Below, in pieces: positions 1 to 9,491 of a DNA stretch of 15,275 nt; positions within the stretch are counted from its first letter, which is position 1; each line of letters opens with the position of its first letter. The notes beneath the pieces were generated by a model. That model did no database searches, was not told the origin of the DNA, and saw only the letters and a list, made by a program, of their open reading frames with translations. Both the position numbers and the translations under genes were made by a program. The DNA is from Promethearchaeota archaeon (lineage in GTDB: Archaea; Asgardarchaeota; Thorarchaeia; Thorarchaeales; Thorarchaeaceae): assembly GCA_014728035.1 (NCBI GenBank), contig WJMJ01000041.1, positions 1 through 15,275 on the forward strand. The letters run 5' to 3'.

Positions 1-30
1 AGCACAAAATCGAAAGAATCCAAACAGGTT

Positions 31-1266
31 ATGTTGGAAAATTTAGAAACACTATGTTCATTTGCTCCTCGGGTTGCTGGTTCAAAGAATGAGGCACGAA
101 CTGCTGAATATATTGCAAACTATTTTGATGACATGGCTACTTTTCAAGTGACCAGATTGGAAAAAGAAATCGACTACTATGATGCAGTCAGTGCTTCTAT
201 CTCTTTGCTAGAAGGTGATATGACTCTCACAGGAGTACCGTGTTGGATGAGTCCATCCACAGAACCTGATGGATTGATTGCTGAGTGCGTGTATGTAGGT
301 GGTGTTCAAAACATTGCTCATCTGGATCCAGATGATATCAAGGGTAAGATTGTCGCTCCTCTTCTAACACAGCAGTACCATCCTGATACAATCGATGCAT
401 GGAAACGGCTCTTTGCGATGGAACCTGCTGGTGTTCTATTTCTCGACCGAGACCGCGACAGATTTCCTCGGACGTATATGTATGGACCATTGAATGAAAT
501 ATTTTCTACCCTTCCTTGTATGGTTATTCTTGCTGAAGATGCTCACAGTTATCACGAGGAAATTTTTGGCAAAGAAATACGAATGCATATTGATGGGAAA
601 CCAGATCATGGTAATACCCATGTAATTGTTGCAGAAAAGGCTGGAAAGGTATCTGATACAATAATCGTTTGTGCACATCACGATTCACTCTACTTGACCG
701 AGGGCGCAACAGACAACGCGGCGGGGGTCTCAATTATGTTGGAACTAGCTAAGATAATCTCCAAGATTGACACTTACTATTCCTATCGTTTCATTTCATT
801 TGGGGCTGAAGAACTGGAGATGGATGGTTCTAAGTGGTATGTTGACACTCAGGATATCTCTGATGTGGTTCTATGTATGAACTTCGATAGTATTGGGGCT
901 CTTCCAGGAATTGCTCTCATTCTAGCGGGGGCTGAAGATTCCTTTATCGATAAAATATCTGAAATCACATCGACTCATTATTATCCATCAAACTGTAAAA
1001 CTGCAGCAACTTCTGGTGGAGATAATATCGTATTTGCAGCTCGTGGAATTCCGACACTGCATTTCGCATTTTATGGCACGACAACTGACAAGGTTAGTCA
1101 TAGTCCCGCTGATAAACTTTCTCTACTTGATGGACATGAGATGGTTGTTCTACTGGACCTATCTCATCGGGTTATCGAGCAGCTGGAAGGATTTAGTGAA
1201 TTACCTGATGTGTCCATTACTGACGAAATGATTCAATCTGCAAAGAAAAGATTGGGAATAGAGTAG
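31..1266 (+). CDS. M28-family metallo-aminopeptidase with PA-like insertion domain
   Basis: Motifs RVAGS (N-terminal), AHHDS (HxD), GATDNAAGV, GAEE (catalytic/metal Glu pair), NFDSIG and HSPAD. A ~150-aa insertion containing DIKGKIV is typical of PA domains. The frame is open back to base 1, so the true start may lie upstream. Confidence 0.9.
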   Translation: MLENLETLCSFAPRVAGSKNEARTAEYIANYFDDMATFQVTRLEKEIDYYDAVSASISLLEGDMTLTGVPCWMSPSTEPDGLIAECVYVGGVQNIAHLDPDDIKGKIVAPLLTQQYHPDTIDAWKRLFAMEPAGVLFLDRDRDRFPRTYMYGPLNEIFSTLPCMVILAEDAHSYHEEIFGKEIRMHIDGKPDHGNTHVIVAEKAGKVSDTIIVCAHHDSLYLTEGATDNAAGVSIMLELAKIISKIDTYYSYRFISFGAEELEMDGSKWYVDTQDISDVVLCMNFDSIGALPGIALILAGAEDSFIDKISEITSTHYYPSNCKTAATSGGDNIVFAARGIPTLHFAFYGTTTDKVSHSPADKLSLLDGHEMVVLLDLSHRVIEQLEGFSELPDVSITDEMIQSAKKRLGIE

Positions 1267-1390
1267 ATCTGAATGATATTCTAGGTGCTATTGTAGCTGA
1301 TAGTGTTCTCATTCATTCTCACTATTGCACTTGTGCACAAACTTCCTATAGAGCTTGATCTCCTCAGGATAGTTCCACAAATACGAATAT

Positions 1391-3628
1391 TCAATCAGTC
1401 TTCTCAATATTCAGGGTCTCAAATTCACCAAATTTGGATTCGACTAATGATAGAAATTTGGCGGATAATTCCTCTGGAACTTGTTTGAGTGGAAATTCTT
1501 CTAGTTGTTTCATAATATCTTGAAGATTTCTTTGAATGATATAGTCTGAACGGTCACTAATCACAACAGCAGTAAAATTGTTCGTAGACTCTTGGATAAT
1601 ATGTCCACACTCTCCCTCAAAGGACTCGAAGATTGGAGTATCTATCTTCATACTCAGACTTTTCCAGAGATCAACCACTCCACGAAGGTACATTGCATGG
1701 TTTTCTTTTTCGAGTTCAGAGTTGAACAAGATGGTGTCAAACTTCACAGCATCATTTTCTAACCAAATTGCAAGAGCTTTACCTGGTTCTTTTTTGTCAA
1801 CTGCTTCTGTGAAGCGAATTGTTAACTCTTCAAAATGAGAACGTAAATCCTGAGTCTGACTTAACGCAGTATCCTCTGATTCAATGCTCTCAAGATACAC
1901 AGAAATTTCATCAATTAACTCATCAAATTGATGCTCTTGGGCAATTACTAGAGCATCTTGGAAATGATCCCTAGCTCTTTCAAAGAGATTAGCTGTTGCT
2001 GCTACAATCCCTTTAAGCATGGTAAGTCGGACAATATCCGGATAGTACCGTGCTTCGTGCGATAAGGTCTTTGCCAAATCCAAGTGCTTGAATGCTTCTT
2101 GAAGGTAGTTCGAATCCTTGGTCTGCTGGTATAGCATCGCATATCCTTCAGCAATTCTGAATTCTGACTCATTAAGTAGCTCCATGAATCCACTTTCATC
2201 AAGAATGTTTCTCTGTTCTTTCAGAAATTTAACCATCTTGAGCCAGTCGTTTTTCACTTCTGCTTCGATAGCTTTGAGATTCAACAGAAATGCTTTCCCA
2301 CGGGGTGACTCCATATATTCGTGCTCAGGGATGTTCTCTTTTATCCAGTCTAAATCATCCAATGAGTTGGTTTCTGCAGCAATACCAGTTAGTCTTGCTA
2401 GTACTGCCATGTAAATATCAATCGGGATGTTTTCTTCTGCTATCAGTTGCTTACAGAGCTCACGTGATTCATCAAATCTACCAAGTTTGAAAAGGCTCTC
2501 TGAAAGATTTCCCATAGTGGTAACTCTGAGGTATTGATCTGCTTGAGCTATAGGATGGTCTAGAACCCACCTTAGTCTTTCATGAGCCTCCTTGAATAGG
2601 CCTTGATTAAGTTGCAGAGTTGCAGTGTTGATGCTGACGACAATCATACACCTCTGATTTCCCAATTCACTGCACACATCGAGAACCAGTTGATATGTTC
2701 TAAGGGCCTTTTTCACTTCCCCTTGATTACGAAGAACACTAGCAAAGAGGTTGCCAATCATAGACATTGCTTCTCTATTTTCAACTATCTGACAGAAGTT
2801 GAACGCAGTTTCTAGTCGTTTGATAATATCTTCAGTTGTTCCTACTCTGAATTTTAGATACCAATACATCCCTTGAACGAATGCTATCGCTGTCTTCACG
2901 CCAACTCTCGAGTCGTTACCCCATTCATCATTCAATCTCTGAACAAGAGCATCCATCTCCTCAGTTGATATCGACCTGATGAAATTCTCTCCCTGGGCAA
3001 TGGCTGCTTCAAGCTTGATGAGCTCTGGATATGGAATTTTATCCAATTCCTTTGTAATCTCGAGTACTTCATCTGTAAGATTCTTTCTTCCCTTCAACCG
3101 AACTTGTAACGGATAAATCCATGAAATTTTTTCAACAGGATTTTTTAGTACTTTTGTGGTATTTCCGGTAACAACTGCCCATTTTGCTGTTAAGAACGAG
3201 AACAATTTACTATCGGGGTGTTTTTTCTCGAGTTCTTCTAGTGTTTCTGTCCAGTCATTCGCTTTACAAGAGAGAGGTTGGGACATCTGTGATATTGCCC
3301 ATTTTTCTTCTGGATTTGCAAGGGGCAAGAAATGACGAATCTCAATGGGAAACTGTCGTGCGATGGTCTCGTACTGTGAGAAGGCATCTCCAACTTTTTC
3401 CTCTTCGTAGCAATCCTTGTGTGCTCGATATTCACCTCTCTCATCTACTACAACGACATTGATGTGCGATACTCCTTCTTTGTATTGATGTTGTACTCGC
3501 ACTGTGTATAGAATTCCTATCAAAGGGTTGCCTGATTCGGTCTTGGTTTGATATGTTGAGGAGTCATTGATATCAAATGAGATCTCGTCTTCGCATAGCT
3601 TGCATCTAATGGTTGTCGTCCTAGTCAC
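1391..3628 (-). CDS. Large TPR-repeat protein with N-terminal Cys/His (Zn-binding-like) domain and C-terminal longin/roadblock-like domain
   Basis: 745-aa ORF. TPR-like helices include GNLFASVLRNQGEVKKALRTYQLVL, NLSESLFKLGRFDESRELC and LKGIVAATANLFERARDHFQDAL. The N-terminus reads CKLC...QH...SHINVVVVD..G.YR. The C-terminal ~120 aa show a beta-beta-alpha-beta-beta-beta-alpha-alpha pattern (inferred). Confidence 0.75.
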   Translation of the reverse strand: MTRTTTIRCKLCEDEISFDINDSSTYQTKTESGNPLIGILYTVRVQHQYKEGVSHINVVVVDERGEYRAHKDCYEEEKVGDAFSQYETIARQFPIEIRHFLPLANPEEKWAISQMSQPLSCKANDWTETLEELEKKHPDSKLFSFLTAKWAVVTGNTTKVLKNPVEKISWIYPLQVRLKGRKNLTDEVLEITKELDKIPYPELIKLEAAIAQGENFIRSISTEEMDALVQRLNDEWGNDSRVGVKTAIAFVQGMYWYLKFRVGTTEDIIKRLETAFNFCQIVENREAMSMIGNLFASVLRNQGEVKKALRTYQLVLDVCSELGNQRCMIVVSINTATLQLNQGLFKEAHERLRWVLDHPIAQADQYLRVTTMGNLSESLFKLGRFDESRELCKQLIAEENIPIDIYMAVLARLTGIAAETNSLDDLDWIKENIPEHEYMESPRGKAFLLNLKAIEAEVKNDWLKMVKFLKEQRNILDESGFMELLNESEFRIAEGYAMLYQQTKDSNYLQEAFKHLDLAKTLSHEARYYPDIVRLTMLKGIVAATANLFERARDHFQDALVIAQEHQFDELIDEISVYLESIESEDTALSQTQDLRSHFEELTIRFTEAVDKKEPGKALAIWLENDAVKFDTILFNSELEKENHAMYLRGVVDLWKSLSMKIDTPIFESFEGECGHIIQESTNNFTAVVISDRSDYIIQRNLQDIMKQLEEFPLKQVPEELSAKFLSLVESKFGEFETLNIEKTD

Positions 3629-3702
3629 CCCTAATGACTTGTAGTCCGACTGTGTTTAGAATGTCTATTAGTTATTTCGCGTATAATCCGGTTCTAAAAT
3701 GC

Positions 3703-4203
3703 TTAAGTTTCAGAGCTACTCCATGGAGAGGTGTCTGTTTCAATTTTTTGTTTTAACAGGTATAATCCCAGTAGTGCTGGAAATGGAGTGGGTATTGTGA
3801 GCGCGACTGTCTGAAAGAACATACCACTGATTAATGGCAAGAACCAACGCATAAAGAAAGTTAAGAATGGTATTGAGAGACTAAAATATCCTACTTTCTG
3901 GAGCGTTTCCCGTGAGATGATATTATCGCTTGCTCTGTATACTAAATAGAGAAACACAAAGATAATTTGTAGAGCACCATACCACAATGGCGGATATGGT
4001 TGAACACTTCGCCAGGGATTTGGTGCATCGATAACAACCTCACCTATCCCAATCTCGATTACATAGAATACTGAGGCTATACTCCATTCGTAATGTCTAT
4101 AGGTTATCTCTATAGGCGGAATAAGGAATAGGAAAAGAAACACAAGTATCAGCAAACAAATATCTGCCCATTTTGCAGAATTATTTCCTTCGCTATTTGC
4201 CAT
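3703..4203 (-). CDS. Hypothetical membrane protein (~4 TM)
   Basis: 166 aa with four hydrophobic segments, a PTPFP...G last helix and a C-terminal SPW motif. Confidence 0.7.
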   Translation of the reverse strand: MANSEGNNSAKWADICLLILVFLFLFLIPPIEITYRHYEWSIASVFYVIEIGIGEVVIDAPNPWRSVQPYPPLWYGALQIIFVFLYLVYRASDNIISRETLQKVGYFSLSIPFLTFFMRWFLPLISGMFFQTVALTIPTPFPALLGLYLLKQKIETDTSPWSSSET

Positions 4204-4549
4204 CCAATCACCACAATCTTAATCCGAACCTCTCTCTCTTACCTATATTATTATCGTTTTCAAATTATTTCTTTCAACTCATTTAGTCAAAATCTGTTTT
4301 ACAAAACATCTATTTTATTTGAATAACCAATCTAAGATTTAAATCAAAGAGTATATTAACTTTTTAGACCGAAATCTTAATAAATTGATACTAGTTGGGG
4401 AATTTAGGATTGGTTACATCACCCGGTTTAGAGATACACAACATGTCTGTATGGTAAATGTCACCATTCGTTAATTGTTTGTAATTGCCAAATGTGTGTA
4501 ATACAAATCAGTTTAGTTGTTTACTTACCTGTAGAAGGAGAGCAGAATA

Positions 4550-4918
4550 TTGTCACACTTAGCAGACCTAATAATATCCTTTAATGAGTCAAAGAAAACA
4601 GAATTAGAATATAGAACATTATTGGTTCTTGATATGATTGAATACAGTACTATGTATCCTCCAATCAGCACAATAAAAGAAGCCGAACTAAACTTGGTAC
4701 AGAAATGTATCGATGAATTAGTGGATGATATTGAGGCAACAAATGATCATATTCTCGCATGTAGAATTTACAAGACTTGGAAAAAACGTGAGCATATCCT
4801 CAAACTTGCTGAGCATGCGAATAAGTTGACTGCTGATTTCATGGACCACATTCTGTATCATCAAGAAATTCGGTGGATAAAGGAAACTAAATCAGATATT
4901 CAAAGACTTTCGGTATGA
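4550..4918 (+). CDS. Hypothetical alpha-helical protein
   Basis: 122-aa ORF with a TTG start preceded by SD-like GAAGGAG and ordinary protein composition. No recognisable motif. Confidence 0.6.
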   Translation: MSHLADLIISFNESKKTELEYRTLLVLDMIEYSTMYPPISTIKEAELNLVQKCIDELVDDIEATNDHILACRIYKTWKKREHILKLAEHANKLTADFMDHILYHQEIRWIKETKSDIQRLSV

Positions 4919-4945
4919 TGAGAATAACCAGAGAGATTGCTGATA

Positions 4946-5542
4946 CTATTCAACAAAAGCAGGATTAATCATGAGAAAGAAATTCTTTTCTTTACTATAA
5001 GGTTTCGAGTCAAGGTATCTTTTTCTCAATCTCTCAATCTCGTCATCAGGCGGCTCCAAATACTCACCGAGACCTCGATTAGTAGGTCTATCACAGGCCC
5101 AATTTGGGTTTCCATGTACGACCAACTTTCGGGTATCTGCCTCAAAAATTTTGTATTCTTTGGTCAGGATTTCAATCAATTCTTGGAATCTATCATCTCC
5201 TCCACAATCGGTACCACAGGTTCCTCCGAAGGTCTCGAGAGGATAAAGCGCACATCCCTCTGGTCTATATGGATAGACACTGCACCCCTTGTGCTCTACA
5301 AAAAACGGGCATGGGCTCTCTCTAAGTGCTTTTTTTGATAGATACTTATCTTCCAACTCTTCAATAGATATGAAGAGATAGTCTGCAATCTCCTCTTTTG
5401 TTCCTGCGAGTATACTTGGTGGAAACTCAGTACAGCAATTTCCACACTGTTTACAGACATAGGGAATCCGGAGTGTAAACTTTTCTCCGTTTTTTGCTAT
5501 CAAAATGAATTCCTTATACAGGAGTACATCAAAGAAATCCAT
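4946..5542 (-). CDS. YkgJ-family CxxCxxCC cysteine-cluster (putative Zn/Fe-S) protein
   Basis: CKQCGNCC, PCPFF and GCSVYPYRPEGCALYP match the family signature. Confidence 0.88.
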   Translation of the reverse strand: MDFFDVLLYKEFILIAKNGEKFTLRIPYVCKQCGNCCTEFPPSILAGTKEEIADYLFISIEELEDKYLSKKALRESPCPFFVEHKGCSVYPYRPEGCALYPLETFGGTCGTDCGGDDRFQELIEILTKEYKIFEADTRKLVVHGNPNWACDRPTNRGLGEYLEPPDDEIERLRKRYLDSKPYSKEKNFFLMINPAFVE

Positions 5543-5604
5543 CTTTAACCATTTAGGAGTCTAATCTTTCTCTTATGGGTTCTTTGATTTGCCACTATTC
5601 ACTC

Positions 5605-6873
5605 TTATCTGACTTGTTTTAAGACTGCCAGGTGTTCAGTCCTCATTCTCTCGTCTTTCAATCCAGATGCAGGATTCACTTTGGATTTGAACATGACCCT
5701 GGACACGATGGTATCAACATAGGTCATTTCATGTTTCCAACCTTCTTCTGTAAGATGTTCAACCAATATCTCATCTATTGGAATCTCTGTTGTGCGAATC
5801 TTTGCAGGCCCTACAAAAATACACATTCGGTTTCTGACCTTCTTGCCAATCCTTGAGAAGGTACCGACCATCGCATGGAAATATCTGTCATAGAGTAACC
5901 TTAGATGGTCTTCCTTGATTTGCTCCCGGTATTTGTAATAGGTCTCAGAGTTGATCTCCACTTCTTTTACTTCATTGTATGGAATCTCTTTTCTACCAAG
6001 TGCTCTGATGTCTTTGTCCGTGTGTCCTAACCAGTACAACTCAAGTTTTGTAGAGCGAATATATTCCTGGGCTTGTAAGTAGGGTGGGGATGTAATGAGA
6101 AGGTCTACCTCTTCATCCAGATCAGTATTTAGGGTATCTATCCCAGACTTAATACGGTATGAAACATCCTGAGGTTTGAGCGTGGAATACTCTTTGATAC
6201 CCTCCAATAATTTCCTGATTTCACCTTTCAACTTATTATAAAATAGTGATTTCCAGTCTTTCTTTCGTAACTCTTTGATCTTTCTCTTCGCGAATTTTGA
6301 TTTGTAGAGCTTGTGGGTCTTTTCGTCACTCCAGGAAAAATAACGGGTTGTCTTCACTAGTGGTATCTTTAGAAGTAGTGAATCATGGTAATCTAGGGAG
6401 TGAACGTATCCCCATGCTCTGGATATCATTGGTACAAATTCCTCTGGAAACCAGTAATCCATTCGCGACCATTTTGGGATGAATTCGATTTTTGATGCTT
6501 TCAATTCTTGGAGAAGACTATCAATGTTGGTCTCTGGTTGTTTCATGACTGCAGTGTCATGAATCAATTTCATCATTGGATTTAGGTCCCACAGAACATA
6601 ATCATGACCGTACACTTTTGATACAAGACCAGTAGTGCCATAACCACCAAAGGGATCGAAGACAACATCATTATTCTCAGCGAACTTCTTTATGGGATAT
6701 GCTACAATCTGAGGAATGAATTTTGCTGGGTATCCATATATCCCAAACGTACCAAAAGTTGTTCGGGGAATTTCAGGAATGAGTTCTCGAAAACTAACCT
6801 CTAATCGTTCTGGGTTATTCCCGATGTCTAATTCCTGATTCCCCTCTTTCATACTATCATCATCACTAAACAC
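5605..6873 (-). CDS. Amino-DNA methyltransferase, alpha-class motif order, likely N4-cytosine
   Basis: YPAKFIPQ (motif X) and VFDPFGGYGTT (motif I, SAM binding) precede LITSPPY (motif IV). SPPY is typical of m4C enzymes. The real start may be the ATG at 6852. Confidence 0.85.
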   Translation of the reverse strand: MFSDDDSMKEGNQELDIGNNPERLEVSFRELIPEIPRTTFGTFGIYGYPAKFIPQIVAYPIKKFAENNDVVFDPFGGYGTTGLVSKVYGHDYVLWDLNPMMKLIHDTAVMKQPETNIDSLLQELKASKIEFIPKWSRMDYWFPEEFVPMISRAWGYVHSLDYHDSLLLKIPLVKTTRYFSWSDEKTHKLYKSKFAKRKIKELRKKDWKSLFYNKLKGEIRKLLEGIKEYSTLKPQDVSYRIKSGIDTLNTDLDEEVDLLITSPPYLQAQEYIRSTKLELYWLGHTDKDIRALGRKEIPYNEVKEVEINSETYYKYREQIKEDHLRLLYDRYFHAMVGTFSRIGKKVRNRMCIFVGPAKIRTTEIPIDEILVEHLTEEGWKHEMTYVDTIVSRVMFKSKVNPASGLKDERMRTEHLAVLKQVR

Positions 6874-7002
6874 GTTTAGTGTCCTATTTTAATCTCATTC
6901 ATTGGGACGGCACTGAAATAACTTTGAGCATTGATATAACCTGAATGTTTCAATTCCGTGATATAATCATGCTCAGTAACACAAATTTAAAAAAGGTGTT
7001 AC
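6864..7002. promoter_or_regulatory. Divergent promoter region with three inverted repeats
   Basis: CACTAAAC-ac-GTTTAGTG (6864-6881); TGAGCAT...ATGCTCA (6925-6931/6969-6975); GTAACAC-N13-GTGTTAC (6976-7002), whose spacer contains TATA-like TTTAAA. Confidence 0.45.
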
Positions 7003-7037
7003 CAACTCCGCACCCATCACTCTAAGAGGAATCAACA

Positions 7038-8297
7038 TTGTTTCTGATTGACTATAGCAAAAAGATGATGACGAAGACCTTCCGTAAGACTGTCTACAAA
7101 TTTACAGAAACACCTCCTCCTGTATTCGCTAACAGATTTGGAGTCTATCTACATGTCCCTTTCTGCCACACTAAGTGCACTTTTTGTCCTTTCTATAAGG
7201 AACTCTACAATGACGAATTGAAAGATAGATATGTCAAGGCTATGGTCAAAGAGATTAGTAATACCACTATTCAAGGTGAATCAGAGTGGATATACTTTGG
7301 TGGTGGCACACCAAATACATTGAATATCGAAGATTTAGGAGCTATCTTACGGGCTTTGGAAGAAAAAATGACAATCTCCAATATTGGAATCGAGCTTCTT
7401 CCTTCACTCGTCACAAAAGACTATCTTGATGGTCTTAGAGAAATTGGATTCTCGAAAATCAGTATAGGTATAGAAACATTTCAAGAAGAGAGCATTAAGA
7501 AGACTGGAAGAAGAGGAAGTACCTACCAACATATCTCAGAAATTATTCATCATGCTCAGAAAATGGGTCTTCACGTAGCTGTAGACCTAATGATTGGACT
7601 TCCTGGACAGACAGCTGAGACATTTGATGATGACATTGAAAAAATCATTCAGATTCGACCTGATCAAATCACTATCTATCCCTACATGGTAATCCGAAAT
7701 GTTTCTGCAGTTCCAAGCTGCTCTACTGCTGAGCAATTTGTACACATCGAACGTGCAGCTGAGCATCTCGAGACGTCGGGATATGAAAGAAAGTCCGTAT
7801 GGATATTCGTACTACCAAACACTGAAGATCAAGACGTCTATGACTCTTCCAAGGACGAACTCATCAGCGATTATTGTGGTTTTGGTCCTGCATCGTTCTC
7901 CACTTACGCAGGTTACAAGGTTGTCAAGCCAGAGTTAGATGTTTGGCTAGAAGGGATAGAATCAGGTAACCTTCAGTCATTTGTAGCTCCCAAGACCAAG
8001 AGTACGGATGATTGGAGATGGTTTGCAAATCGAATTTATGATTTGAAATTAGAGACCTCTTACAAGTTTCCCATGTACATTCGTTTCTTTGATTTTATCT
8101 TGAGGTTATCGGGTTACCACAAAGATGGCTACCTCACTGAGAAAGGCCGATATTTCTCTCATGAGATAACCAAAGCTGTTGTAGAATCTTTACCATTCCC
8201 TCTGCAAGATCCATCCTGCGTAGAAAACTTTCATGAATATCTGGAATTGAAGAAAGAGATTACTGAATCAGAAAGAATTTCGATATTCACCAAATGA
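7038..8297 (+). CDS. HemN/HemW-like (coproporphyrinogen III oxidase family, class C) radical SAM protein
   Basis: VYLHVPFCHTKCTFCPF (CxxxCxxC), IYFGGGTP, ISIGIETF, VDLMIGLPGQT, GFGPASFS and C-terminal LTEKGRYF. SD GAGGA precedes the TTG start. Confidence 0.9.
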   Translation: MFLIDYSKKMMTKTFRKTVYKFTETPPPVFANRFGVYLHVPFCHTKCTFCPFYKELYNDELKDRYVKAMVKEISNTTIQGESEWIYFGGGTPNTLNIEDLGAILRALEEKMTISNIGIELLPSLVTKDYLDGLREIGFSKISIGIETFQEESIKKTGRRGSTYQHISEIIHHAQKMGLHVAVDLMIGLPGQTAETFDDDIEKIIQIRPDQITIYPYMVIRNVSAVPSCSTAEQFVHIERAAEHLETSGYERKSVWIFVLPNTEDQDVYDSSKDELISDYCGFGPASFSTYAGYKVVKPELDVWLEGIESGNLQSFVAPKTKSTDDWRWFANRIYDLKLETSYKFPMYIRFFDFILRLSGYHKDGYLTEKGRYFSHEITKAVVESLPFPLQDPSCVENFHEYLELKKEITESERISIFTK

Positions 8298-8890
8298 TTA
8301 TCGTTTTAGATAGTTATCATGGATGTTTTATCACCATTCAATGATAATGTCGTATCTACATTATTACCTGAAACTGAATCTGTTTGTTGTACAAATATCA
8401 TAAGTACAGTGTGTAATGATATTTTCTCCCGGAATTGTAGAGCTCTAAAAAACACTTTCAGATGAATACTCTTGATAGAGAATCTACCCGGCATGAACTA
8501 AATCAGCTATATTCGAGAATGCAAACATATCAAACAAATACAAATCCTAAATGCGAAAATCATTGTAAGATATCTATCAGTATACATCTTCTACACTCGG
8601 ATTCTGGTGTTCGTTATGATGTTCTTCCTTTTCGTAACTTTTTCCTCTCTTATCATACCATCGTAAGGTATCGCTAGTGAAATGAAAATCCACCTCTCAT
8701 TTGGGAAGATAGGTGTTTCGGACTCTATAAACAACACTATAAGGAATTTATTCATTCCAGAAAATACAGGAAAAACAATCAAACGCGCTGTCGCCTTAAG
8801 AGTTCGTGGTTAGTAGATCACAATTGTTCTCCCCAGATGATTCCGCTATTTTTTGAAGTCCTGAAATCAGTTATGCTTTGGCATAAGTGA

Positions 8891-9439
8891 GTGATACATA
8901 TGAGTTATGATAGAGAACCTGTAGAGGTTAAGGTGGCTGAACTGAAGCCACAAATGAAGAACCTAACAATCACATTCAAACTTGTAGAGTTAGGTGAAGA
9001 ACGTGAAGTTTCATCTCGCCGTGATGGTGAGACCCACCGTGTGTTAGATGCAATTGTTGGTGATTCGACTGGCACTGTTGCTGTTCCACTATGGGATGAT
9101 AGCATTGATAGCGTTGAAGTTGGAGAAACGTACCTCCTCAAAAATGGATACACTGGTTTGTTCAAAGGAAATTTGCGATTGAATATTGGAAGATATGGAG
9201 AACTTAGTTCATCGGATGATACGATTGATGAAGTCGATACGGAGAACGACATGTCCAAAGAAGAACATGAAGATACGCGTAGACGCTATGGCGGCGGAGA
9301 TCGACGTGGCGGCGGAGGACATCGTGGAAGTAGCTATGGCGGCGGAGATCGACGCGGCGGCGGTGGTGGAGGACATCGTGGAAGTAAAGGTGGGAGCTAC
9401 GGTGGAAGAGATCGTCGTAGTAGTGGACGTAGCTATTAA
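8891..9439 (+). CDS. ssb: Single-stranded DNA-binding protein, single OB-fold (crenarchaeal SSB type), with Gly/Arg/Tyr-rich tail
   Basis: KVAELKPQM...AIVGDSTGTVAVPLWD...LKNGYTGLFKGNLRLNIG resembles the Sulfolobus-type SSB OB-fold (VGDETG..LTLW..ENAW..FKG..QLN). The probable start is ATG 8900. Confidence 0.9.
   Translation: MIHMSYDREPVEVKVAELKPQMKNLTITFKLVELGEEREVSSRRDGETHRVLDAIVGDSTGTVAVPLWDDSIDSVEVGETYLLKNGYTGLFKGNLRLNIGRYGELSSSDDTIDEVDTENDMSKEEHEDTRRRYGGGDRRGGGGHRGSSYGGGDRRGGGGGGHRGSKGGSYGGRDRRSSGRSY
9285..9436 (+). repeat. Intragenic tandem repeat encoding YGGGDRRG(n)HRGS
   Basis: Unit 1 spans 9285-9332 (48 nt). Unit 2 spans 9333-9386 (54 nt, with two extra Gly codons). A degenerate unit 3 spans 9396-9436. 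Confidence 0.9.
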
Positions 9440-9491
9440 TTTGTAAATTATCACAAAGATTTGAATTGCGCTGCAAAAAACTGTTAATAAT

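Noticed and set aside
8306-8782. Pyrrolysine/TAG read-through protein joining two minus-strand ORFs
   Set aside because: It would need three read-throughs, the product looks non-protein-like, and TAG is an ordinary stop for the M28, NifX and CLC genes here.
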